A stretch of DNA of 57,476 bases, the filler included, from Sphacelaria rigidula (lineage: Eukaryota): the NCBI GenBank assembly GCA_964200075.2. It is 7 parts of 7 records of this genome, joined end to end, with 100 filler letters (N's around TTAATTAATTAA, not from the genome) between each part and the next. Parts side by side here need not be neighbours in the genome. Positions count along the whole stretch, not along the records: positions 1 to 8,126 come from CAXNAA020012205.1; positions 8,227 to 16,351 come from CAXNAA020012206.1; 5 more parts are not named here. One strand, written 5' to 3'. The position numbers were made by a program, and so were the translations under genes. Position 1 is the first letter of the stretch. Each line of letters starts with the position of its first letter. Below are positions 1-11,126 of this stretch, in pieces. The notes below the pieces were generated by a model, which saw nothing but the letters and a program-made list of their open reading frames with translations, had not been told where the DNA came from and ran no database searches.

Positions 1-80
1 GTACCAATGTACCGCGCAGATATCGGAACGGCTTTTAATGTGAAGACAACAACAACAGCAACAACAACAACAACAGCAAC
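1..80 (+). mobile_element. 3' tail of a non-LTR retroelement ending in (CAA)n
   Basis: The motif gatatcggaacggcttttaatgtgaagac(aac)n recurs at ~13460-13506 (+) and ~20327-20375 (-). Confidence 0.7.
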
Positions 81-1737
81 ATGGATGAAAACATGAAAAT
101 AAAAAATAAAAAATAATAGTGTTTCGGCTGTAAGCGCCCGCATTCTTGCCTCAGTTCGCAGGGCCGGCGCGCCCCCCAAGGAAGAGGCACGAGTCCAACA
201 GGTGGCACAGCTGGAAAGCTTTGGCTATGTTTCGGGTGGAACTTTGAGAGTTAATTTCTGGGTACAAATGTGACAGTTTCTCGCGTTCGGGCGAGGTACT
301 ATTATAGCGATGCTCTGTTCAGGTGATGTGCTCAGAACGCTCCTAACGGTGCGCCGCCAGGTGGCGACCACGACCATGCTACCTAATCACGGCCTATACG
401 ACATGGGTAGGGCAGCTGTGTACCTATGGTTCACACAGAAAGAGGAATCATGTCGATTGATGAATCTACCGTAATACACAAGATTGTCTGGAGGCATGAA
501 GGTCTGTTGGGAAGTTTGAAATTTGGAAGCTACATGTTTTTCTACAGTCAGTACAGTACGAAGATTGTACTGTAGTAGCTGTGCTATAGTGTACAGTGTA
601 TGATACCACGGTGTTGCTGTTTGTTGAAAAAAGCGGCGTAACCGTTCCTGCTGTTTCTTGAGACTCTTGAATACGACGCCTTTCCACGGTTTTACGGGAG
701 CATTTCACGTGCATATATCTCCACCGCGGCAATTTACTCAATGCTGAAACTTCGCGTACGGCTTCGCCTCTACACAGGCAGCACATACACCAAGTGGCAG
801 CGTGGTTGCGTAGCCTGGTTTGATGATCACTATAATTACTTGACTTGCTGAGTGATCAATCTGACTACTAATTTTTGAAAATTGCGTAGCAACGACCTGA
901 ATGCGACTACAAGTATCCCGCAACCCAAACTTCGCACACGGTGAGTGAACGAGGACATCTACACGCCGGTGCAGTAGCTATCGGGTCGTGTGCAGTTGAG
1001 CACCTGTTACACTGACAAACGAAATCCGGGCTTTCTCTGGGAAACGGTCATCTCTACAAATGCCAAGAGGTACCCATGTTGAGATATATCGCCGTACGCG
1101 CACTGTAGGAATTGCACGGCGCTGAAACTTCGGCCAGACGTCATTCAAACCACAACCAACAAGCGGTTATCGCTCATGCTGCTGATGCTGGTCTTGCGTG
1201 TTCTAGGAGTGTGTAACGGGGCAGAAGCAGGTCAGATTTTGTCCCGAAAAACTGTATTTTTTCTTCTTTTTCTTTTTAGCACAGCGGTGTCCAACACCGG
1301 GGGGCGCGACGGCTGCTTTGTGTTGGTGAAAAGAAATAAGAAAACAAGATCGTGCAAACCTTCCCGATTCTCGAGAAAAAGCAGCGTTTTTAGCAATGCG
1401 AAACGGGTGAGCAGGCTTTAACGATCTTGTTCGATTTTTGTTCTCGCAACACAGGTCGACCTGCACGGACTAAAAATCGTCGAAGTGTGCCGGAACCCTC
1501 TCAGGCTGTGAAGTGTGCAGCACGTCAATTCTGAGGTGAAGTTCGTCCGCTTCGCCATCTTTTCACGCGAAAAAGGGTAAAATATACCAGAGGACCAAAA
1601 TATGCCCCATGAGAGCAGGTATGATATGAAAGGTGGCCTCTTCTTCACTCCACTCTCCCCCACCTTGTTCCCGTACGAAACTGCGAAAAAATACCCAGCC
1701 GTCGCCCTACGTGGAGTACAACACAAACATGCCACAC

Positions 1738-4700
1738 CTTTAATTGTGGAGCTATCCACGACAAAACCGCATTGGGCAAAGGCCGACTATTCTTGAGTCG
1801 GCCCATTCCCCCATAACAACGCGTACTCGGAACGCTGCTGCACCTCCTCACATGCCTGTACAACGACGCTCGACCGAGACAATATACATATATATATATA
1901 TATGTTGTGTAGACGGCTGAGAGTGTTGAGGTCGGCAAGGTTGCCGCCGCGCCCCGGTGGTGTAATGGCCCGCCTGTCGCCATTGGGGTGGAGAGAACGA
2001 GTGCTCAATTCCCGATGCGTTGGGTTTTCTTCGTAGTTTCTGACTTCCACCGTGGAAAGCGTGAGAACGTGAGTAAACAAAGTAGTCGACTGAGTTGGTT
2101 TGACGTGAGTTGACGCGGTGCGGGAGTGCTGACCCAATCCGCGAGGCCAAATGCAAGGCGTGTACCGGGGAGAGATGGGTTGATCCCTTGAGACCACGGA
2201 CCCATCCCGAGAAAGTGGAGGGGTTCATAGTGCGACAACAAAAAAAAACGGGCTCTCTGAGGTCGAGTGGAACCAGGTAAAAGTAACGGAGTAAAAGCAT
2301 TATTCTACGCGTTGACTTTGACAAACGTAGGGGTATGTTGGTGCAGCAGCAGCCTCGCCTGAAAGACAATGGCTTGAATTGGAGCATCATATATACTTCG
2401 GGAGGGGGGGGGCGAAATACCAGGTAAATCGGAACAGCTGCCGATCGATTAACCGGTGATGGCAGTCCGATGCTTGAAGATGAAAACTGGCACCCAGCTT
2501 ACAACGTACCTGAAATACATTGGTTGGGCCAGGCAGAGCTTGCCACAGCTCTTGGTTGGCGACCACCATGAAGTAGGGCGGGTGCAAGGGGTCGGTCCTC
2601 GTCAACAAGTACCTGCGAGGGAACGTAACACCGGCATGCCATAAGAACAGTGTCGTGCAGTACAGTTATTGTATTGCGTAAGTATTTGTCCCACTAGAGC
2701 TCATGGTTGACAACTACTTCTTGTTGGTCAACAATGGGACATTGACATGCATGCCAATCTTGAAAAACACAAAGGTTTCAAACGACCTAGCCCCCAAGCC
2801 TGCGCGGCGTGTACTCAACTCGGCGCCTGTATTGGCCAGTGCCGATTTGAGCTCTTTTAAACCTCGCGCCTCGTGTCGGAACAGTATTTCACTGACAGTT
2901 TTGCGGATGAAGAGGAACGAGCGGTACCTTGTGGGGGGAGGTTGGGTATGCCCAAGTACGTCTGAGTGTCCATAAGGACCCGTGGAAAGGTGCAAGACAC
3001 AAGGGGGGGGGGGCGTTCTCATGTGGGGCATGGATGTGCATCAGGTATGAGCCCATATTTTACTAGAGTATCGACATACTGCATCATACTATCATTCACC
3101 ATATCAGGCTAATTTCCAATTTTGGCGCTCATTCTAAACCAATTTGGGATATGTTATTGGATATATCGTCATAATGGATACAGCACGATGTCAAAAATCA
3201 TATCAAGCCGGTGTTGGAAGCTGGTAGACATCCCCAAAGCGGAGCAATCGAGGACCAATGAAATGCACGGCCAGGCAAGGAGACGATACACCACTGTGCA
3301 GTGTCTTCACCAATGTTGTGGACGATGGCCTGTCCTGTCGTAGAAATGCACGAATATTTCTTTTGCGCTCCATTTCCCGCTCTAACCATGTTCTTGAAGT
3401 TTTGTAGAGTTGGGCGATCCCCTTCTAAATTTTCTGCGAAGTCGTACGTACATCGACCCATGCCGTGACCATGACTAAATTTGTGGGGTATTTATCATTT
3501 CATTTTGATGACAAACAACAGATGAGTGACAAAAGCGAGTCAGCTCGGGTTGTGCATCGATAGCAATGAATAATATAAACACGTCATGTCGGAGATCGGC
3601 GAAGCCAATATCTCGGAAATGGTGTCGGCATGTATCGCAAAAATATCGAGCCAGGAAAACTCAGGCGCTTTTTCTACATTTCTCATCGAAATTGGCCGAA
3701 ACTGTATGACACTCGTTCTCGAAGCTAACGGTCGAACTATCGGTCCGATTTCTCCATATTCGAAGCGATGTATGTATATATCGACATATAGTACCAAACG
3801 TATTGGTGCCAATATAAAGCCCTAAATTTAACCTAATACAGCCCACGGCTAGCTTCGTAGTAGCACCACCAACCGATTTTTCAATGAACGACCAATGAAC
3901 GAACCAGCCAAGCGATCAATAGATAAACTTCTCCTGGGCGATCACCCCTTCAACCGTCGAGGTGGGCCATCTGAGTGGCCCACTTAATGTTCAAGGTCAA
4001 AATGATTCCGATTTCAACACGCGGGTCTTAACCGTCATTTCCAACTTATGAGCAACCAAGAGACGGAACAACCGACCGGTCACTCCATCCAAGAACCAAA
4101 TACAATACAATCTAATCGGTCAATAAATAAAACAATCACACACTTGATCCTATTCAGTCAGCCAACCGAAAAATCAATGAGGCTCACCTCCCAGGCAGGG
4201 CGTCACTATTGCAGGGCTGCCGGTCCACAAAGTGCTGCCTTGCGAAGGGTCTATCTTGCTCCCACTGCCTCGGCAGCAGATCGTCAGCACAGCAAACGAA
4301 AAGCCGCATAACCACGGCAGCGTCCGTCGGCAGGTCTTCCGTCCAATCACGACCGCTCCCGGGATGTCTGAAATAAGGGGGGGGGGGGGGGGAACCCCTG
4401 GGAAAAAAGAAAAAAGACACCGACTGACACAGAACCAAAGCTCAANNNNNNNNNNCGCGCGGTGGCTTGGTCGGGCTTTGCCCCTCACCCGGCGGGGCGG
4501 CTGGGGGGGGGGGAGAAGGGGGGGGGGGGGGGGGGGACGTCCCGTGAAGAAAGAAAACGACAGCCGACTGACTGCAAGCACAATGATCTACCGGGTTGGT
4601 CCGTCCACAGTGAGGACGGGAGTTGCCACCTCAGTGCTCAAGAACATTGCCGAAGAGTACCATGTCGGCCAGTTATTTTTAAGCCGTCATGCCTCATGCC

Positions 4701-7700
4701 TCATGCCTCATGGTTGTGTGTATGGTGTGTGTGTATGTGTATATCTATGAAATCACAGCCTCTTTGACTTCCTGGCCTTCCGAGCATTTCGACCATACGT
4801 GTGTTTTCGCATGAACAGCCAGTCAGGTGAGTTGTAGCACCCATCAACACCTCAAGTCTTATAAGATCTACTCTATAGTTGGCATACCGTGTGAGGATCT
4901 AAGGTGCAAACGCATTGCAATGTTTTGGGGGTTAACCCTAGCCCTAAGGCCGAGAACAGGGAAAAATAAAGAAAAAAAACGTACCCTACAAGAACGTTGC
5001 GAAGCAAAATACCCGGAAAAAACTCAACGAAGATGGGTATTTGAATTTTACTTGCTTTTAATTCAATAGGATCATAACGGCTGGTTCGGGAATAGATTCC
5101 TCAAGGATTCTTGCATGCTTCAAGTCATTCAATCTCTGATAGAAGATACGGTATACACGAGAAGACGGACATGCAGCTACTGGGATTTATAGACAGCTAC
5201 AGCGTAATGCTATCAGGAACCGTCGACAAGGAAGCGTCTTTTCCAGTAACTCTCGTGGCGTTGCTCTTGCAAAAAAATAGAGAAAATATTGGTCCTAAAT
5301 TGGAACCTGCAAGAAGAGCAACAACAACAACAACAACAACATCAACGATCTCACCGCTAGTATGGACTATTCATTACAGCAATGGCTTCTCCCCACAAGC
5401 CGCAGCTCTACTTATAACGCCATCAACCCCTTCCCTCACAAGCCTGCTTGACGTCTTGTTCACTTCCCTATTCTCCCACGTAACTCTTCCGCTGTTAAGG
5501 GCACGGCGGGTACGATCTGTTCATACTCCAGGTGATATGTGTGTTGTTGTCCCATCTATTATGGACACCGGTCTTCACCTTTCGGTATATGTGGGCGCAC
5601 CAGCCGGGGTCACACAGGAGGAAGGCCAGCACAGGCGTTTTGTCATTATTATTTGTTCTAGTTCTCCACCTTCCCTCTGCGGTGCTTGACTTGATTCTTG
5701 ATCGCGAGAGGGGTTTAGCAGTCCCTTTCCCTCGTCAACCATGACGTCGAATTTTGTGTACACATGATATAGTCGCTCTCCACTGTTGGGCATTGGGCGA
5801 AAAAAATCCCAGATCGTGTGACTGCATCGAGATTCGAACGCAAGGCCCAACCGTCAGAAGGTTTCGAGGTTACCAACTGAGCCACCGGGGCGACTGGCGT
5901 ACCGTGGGATATCTCGCATTTCCGGCAGTCGGTATCAAAGTGCTACGGGATGTTCGTTAGGGCAAGTACACCGGGGAAGGATACGTTACCCCAACCAACT
6001 GTGGAGTATTGTACAGTAGTTCAACCGAGTCCAACTCTCACAAGTCAAGTCTCGTTTGTCCGAGTGAACGTGTTGAACCAATACAATCTTTTTCGGGAGC
6101 ACAGCGTGACGCGTCTCTCTTTGTATGTTGAGACAATAAAGGGTGGTGGACTTTCACACTTCATCACCGCGAACGGACGGGGAGGGGGGGGGGGGATGCT
6201 AAGCTTCGCCACCAATGATCTACGTTCGTCACTGTTTGTCTCAGCCGCTACCTTATGAAGTAAAGAGACCGGATGCAGTGATGAGAGTCATCCTCCGACA
6301 CCCACTGGTATCACGCCGAGAGAAATACGTCTCGCGTACGTCATGGTTTTGTAGATAAAACGAGGCATTTTCCCACAATGACTGTTGCTCCTTAACTGTT
6401 CCGATAAACGGTGAAAGTTCGATGCGCTGAGAGGGAGCGTATGCCGTTTTGCCTTAAGTCACCGTCTCAAACAACAAAGTGTATGTACAGTACATTACAC
6501 AAGAACCTGACGATAGTTTTCGCTTGCGGTATAGCCACGTGAGGCAATTGAAAACGCATATGGGGGAAAAAGAGAGAGGAACTCATTGCCAAAAAATATC
6601 CCTGATTCCACGATTCATCTCACGGGCCTCCACGACCGGAGTACGCAGTGAGTGCACCAAAAAAAAACGCATAAATGAAGGCTATTCTCGGACATCCACT
6701 GCTGGTATCATACGCTGGAAGCAAAATCCCGACAAGTCACAGACAGTGAAACGCCTCCCTTCCTCCAAAGGCATGCTATTTTCGTATACACGTGCGTAAT
6801 CCTGGAATACGACGTATAGTATACACATGATCGTTTTTCAACTCACCCCCCGCCTTTATCGTACACGAAGGCAGACATGAAGTCATCTTCCGCCAGCACT
6901 CTGAGCCGTTGCAAGACGTAGGAAGGGTTGCCCACGCCCGCAGCCGTTACATGCAGCGCCTCTTCCAGATGCTGCCCACGAAGCACACAGGCATATACAC
7001 ACGCGCGCGTTTTTCTCTGCAAGAGTTGCGCAACGGTTTACTCAAGTTTCATCAAAATGAAGCAGGAGCGCGTACCACGAAAAAACTCTATCAGGGCTGA
7101 CTGGTGACCGTTGCAGCCACCATCGTAGGCTACAATATCTTGACAATTATTGTTGGCGCACCAAGTCCGGAAATGGGACAAGTAAAATTCCATGTATCTC
7201 ACTCAGAAGCCTATGCGCATCTCGTGCAGTCATGCGAAATTGAAGAAAAAACCGAGCTACAACACCGGCGTCGCTCGGAGTTCTTCACTGGGGCAACAAT
7301 AATCCACTGGGGATGCATGCACCACCCGTACTCCTTCCCAAAAGGAGGGAAAAAAAATAAAAACGCAATTTGTACCCTAGAGCGGCGGTCCAAAAAAGGT
7401 ATCCCTCGCTCCATCCGTCGGGGTACAGGAGTGAGATTCACACAGCTACGGTACACCGAGAGTTATATCTTCTCTTCACGATCACAGTTGTACCTTTTCT
7501 AGGGCGGCAATCCTTGATCAGCAGTGTCTTTTCCGGACTACCCGTGCACCGTTTCGAGTCCGAAAGAGCAGTCACCTACAAAGAAGCACCAGACCGCTAG
7601 ATAGCTACACCCGCAGAGCTCGAAACTTCTCCCGCATATGTTTCGCTCTTCCCAAAAACAACGACCAAACTTACTCCATCCTCTTCTTTTTCGAAAAATG

Positions 7701-7762
7701 GTTCCGATATATGTTCCCGAGTCTCACCGGACAACCCTCGACAAACTTTCCCCAACAACAGT
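1738..7762 (-). CDS. TMEM209: TMEM209-like protein (CytochromB561_N family), C-terminal part, multi-exon, 5' end outside this contig
   Basis: Phase-consistent GT-AG exons: 6971-6847 (HLEEALHV...YVLQRLRVLAEDDFMSAFVYDKGG), 4367-4188 (HPGSGRDWTEDLPTDAAVVMRLFVCCADDLLP...FARQHFV), 2927-2787 and 2612-2510 (YLLTRTDPLHPPYFMVVANQELWQALPGPTNVFQ). They match in order the TMEM209 motifs RIKEL..G.MS.F.W..GG, W..DLPTDS.I.MH.F, F..QHF and PPHY......G.NN.F. Exons 7762-7675 and 1855-1738 (RHVRRC..YGGMG) are probable; the true ends are not resolved. Confidence 0.8.
1943..2248 (+). mobile_element. tRNA-derived SINE, family 2
   Basis: Head gccccggtggtgtaatgg (pol III box A-like), body shared with 33175-33312 and 34090-34348 (both -), A-rich 3' end at 2240-2248. 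Confidence 0.65.
5538..5894 (-). mobile_element. tRNA-derived SINE, family 1, full length (intronic)
   Basis: Minus strand begins gtcgccccggTGGCTCAGTTGGtaa...GTTCGAATC (box A and box B) and ends in a (CA)n tail; homologous copies at 23422, 31418 and 35268. Confidence 0.85.
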
Positions 7763-8126
7763 CTGGACGCACAGCCTGCCTCAGCTTGTTCTTATCGGTG
7801 TTTGACGAGGAAAGCTCAAGGCAGCACAGGGCACAACCGATTGGGTCATAATTCATTTCAGCGTATGGGAAAATGATATTCAGATCGTCATATAGTTGAC
7901 AGTCCCAACTGCTCTCACCACGCGCAGCACGTGTTTTTGATCTAATCGGCATCGTGGAGAAAGACACAGTGCAGCTTCTGCGACAAGCTCACGACTACAT
8001 GCTTCATACGTACCACCGCTGCTTCGACCAAGTGTAAAACAAATGTGAAACAGACAGCATTTTTTCGGCCCACAATTCAAAATTCTTGGCAAAAGTGATA
8101 CTCCTCCACCCCCCCCCCCCCAAGCT

Positions 8127-8226
8127 NNNNNNNNNNNNNNNNNNNNNNNNNNNNNNNNNNNNNNNNNNNNTTAATTAATTAANNNNNNNNNNNNNNNNNN
8201 NNNNNNNNNNNNNNNNNNNNNNNNNN
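8127..8226. other. Artificial contig linker N44-TTAATTAATTAA-N44
   Basis: Six-frame stop spacer flanked by Ns; recurs every 8225 bp. Confidence 0.98.
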
Positions 8227-8377
8227 GTTTCTGGCCATTTTTCGTACCTTTCCTAGGCAAAAAACGAGAAGGTACACCTTTTCTAGGCCATTACCTTTCG
8301 AAAAATGTCGCCAATCAGCTCACCGAGATGGATAGATGGGAAGCACACGTACACTAATGTGCGGGAGCCGTTCTCAC

Positions 8378-10100
8378 CTTGCTCGTGTTTCTGCTCGTGC
8401 CAAGGCTTCACCAAGTTCCGCCAGTCTATTGCCTATTCGTCGATTCTCTCTGCCGTCAAAATGCCCCACGTTGACCGCATTACCGCGAGGTGATTCACTC
8501 GCCGAGTTGTCCCGGTGCTATTCGTTCAAATGGCAGAGCAAAAGCGGTGCTTGCAGGTGTGTTGTATGATGACATGTGCACATGTATCCATTCTTGAATG
8601 TTTACTCAAATTTATCGGCATTTGGTTTTGGCATTTAGGGGCTGTTCTTCAATCATCAGCCATGATGTTCCAGTGGTGATAGCGGACACCCGGAGATTTT
8701 CAGCGATTATTGCATTATGGCATCGGCGGTCCCACAATTTAGTTCAGTATATTCAGTGGTTGTTCGAACGACTGCACTTATCTTCCAATACATGTGGTCA
8801 GTGGTTTAATTTATGGATTTCGCCTGTGCAGTCGACCGAAGAGCTGATGGAGTAGGTCACTAACTACTTCAGAAACGCGTATGCACAGCTGTGACGAGCT
8901 TGCAGACTAGATCGAATGGGATTCTCGGCCGATAGTTCATGGTGCTCAGAAATCCGCTTTCGGGGGTACTCGAGTGTTGCTGGAAAGCACCACAATCCGC
9001 GAGGACACAGCAGAATGCTGCAGGTAACTCACGTCAACCTCAGCAGCGAATGGTTCCAGTTCCGGAAACCGACTGTCACCCGCGTTGGCCAATGCCTCAG
9101 ATCCACGTGCTGGTTCATCCCAATCCTGAAAGCGCCGATCAATTTCATCACTCACACCTTGTCCCTTTATTTCCTCGTCCCTCTTTGTTGCTGGCCCTGT
9201 GATGCTTGGGCGATGCTCATCTCTAGTGCTGAGGCCAGTCTTCCCCAAATATGGCGACTCTTGAATTGACGAATGTAGTGGTACAGACGCTACAGACGAC
9301 GGTGAAGGTAACTCTACAACAAACCCTTCTGCATAACTCTGCCGCTGACGGTGCTTCGATTCTGGGACCGATCTCTGACCAACCCTCCCTGCGTCAGGCG
9401 GGTAGAGCGAGACATGACTCCTATTCATCAATGTGCCGCCGATGTCGCCCCCCCCGAACCTCGGCTGTTCATCCTCCTTCTTGTTCCCAGGTGGGCACCT
9501 GCGCTCATTCTTGTGGTTCTGCTTTCGCTCACTACGCTTTTGCGCTACCCTTGCTCCACCGTCTTCACGAACGAGTCCTGGATCCGGAAATACCGTCCGT
9601 GGGACGGACTTCCACGCCGGTCTTGCCCGAGATCGCAAAGTACGGTAGCTTGTACTTGTACGTTCTACCGGCACCGGGCTACGCAAGGAAGACGCTCTTC
9701 CGACAACAAACTGTGACTTTGAACCCCCATCGACATCGCCGGTATCAATACTCAAGGCGCTTGCTCGCGAATCCTTGCTTTGTGGATCATTTCTTTGTGA
9801 AATAGTGTTGCCATCACGATTATCTCTCCATTGCGTCATCTCGTTGCTGTGTTTACCACCGCGTCGCCGTTGCATGTCTCGAGGAGAACTACCGTGTTCT
9901 TTCAGGTGGTGCTTGTTTCGATAGTAGCTGTCGCGATAGAGAAGGGGCTTAAAGCGAGGCTCCTCTGGACGCTGGTTGTGATGCGATGCTGTTGTCACCG
10001 AGGAAGAGCTTGACTCCTCAAGCTGATCCCTTGAGCGTCTCCGCCGATTCCGACCATTGCTAGCACGCCCTGCCATCGTAGCAGCAGAGGAGAAATTCAT
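8378..10100 (-). CDS. Hypothetical protein with a long S/R-rich disordered N-terminal exon, 3'-truncated by the contig end
   Basis: The 404-aa ORF 10160-8946 has a phase-0 donor GAC|gtgagt at 9033, joining a phase-0 exon 8517-8378 (HRDNSASESPRG...RLAELGEALARAETRA, donor AG|gtgaga). The start is uncertain: ATG 10160, ATG 10100, or an acceptor at 10146. Confidence 0.65.
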
Positions 10101-10394
10101 ATTCGTGCCGGTAACATCGACAGCTGTGTCCAGCCGTCGCGCAGCCTGGTGGAGTTGCATTCTGCGTCAAATGGGTGCACCCACTCGTGGGTGGAGGTCC
10201 GCGACCCAGGCCTTTGTAGATCGCGCCGCAGCGTGTCCTCTGCTAGGCACAGTTCTACGAGTACAGAGTTATGTCATATATTTGTGTCAATTGTAGAGAG
10301 AAGTCGCTTTTTCCCCGCGTTGGAACCTCACAGCCTGGTTCAGCACCTGCGATGCATCGAAGATACGAGGATCGAAATACCGTCCAATAGAGTG

Positions 10395-10520
10395 TGGCAG
10401 AGTACAGCACAGAATGGTACAGGATGAGACAGCACAGTTCAGTTGAGTGCATAATAGTACAGCACAGCACAGAGTAGTACACTGCACTGTAGTGCAGTGG
10501 GGTATAGTGCAGTGCAGATT
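10395..10520. repeat. Degenerate pentanucleotide (CAGTA/CAGCA) low-complexity tract
   Basis: agtacagcacagaatggtac...agtacagcacagcacagagtagtacactgcactgtagtgcagtgg. Confidence 0.6.
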
Positions 10521-11126
10521 GTACGGTATAAGGATATTGCATACAAAAGAGAACGGTACAAGATTTGCCATGCAGAGACAGAACAGCCTATTACAGGTGA
10601 CAATCGGGAAACAAGATCTGCCAAACCCAGGTGTTCTCCCGTGCTTCAATCTAGATTATCATACTCAAAATAACCTACATTTCCTTTTCCCTCGGTACTG
10701 TTGCGTAGTAGGCATATAAGCTAAGCATCGGCGAGGGATCCGGCGTACCGCAGCGCGATGGATAATTTGATACGGTTGCTTTGGGACACGGTTGCGGGCC
10801 AACAATTATCGGTTCTCGAAACGCGCTATATCACGCCGCCGAATCCAATTCGTTGTCATCTTTTTTTTGGATCCAAGGTCTTCAGATTTTGACAGCCATA
10901 TGGAGATACATGTGCTCGCGTCCCAGACACTCTTGTCTGGGAATTGTACCGACCTACTTGTACAACTAAGGCACGGCTGCTACTACACCTGCAGGGCGCG
11001 CAATCTGTACTATATACACCTCTACACTCAGGCCTCCCAGCCAATCTTCACTGGCGTGGCTTCTCTGTTTCTCGTGACCAGCGACTACACACTCGACTCG
11101 CTTTAGAGATACACCGGCGCCCGATC

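Noticed and set aside
5820-5894. tRNA gene
   Set aside because: Boxes A and B are present but the acceptor stem does not close, and the sequence runs into a dispersed repeat body. It is a SINE head.
7675-10160. Joining the 10160-8378 exons to the TMEM209 exons to give a TMEM209 lacking transmembrane helices
   Set aside because: The phases happen to fit, but the join crosses an artificial linker between size-sorted contigs.
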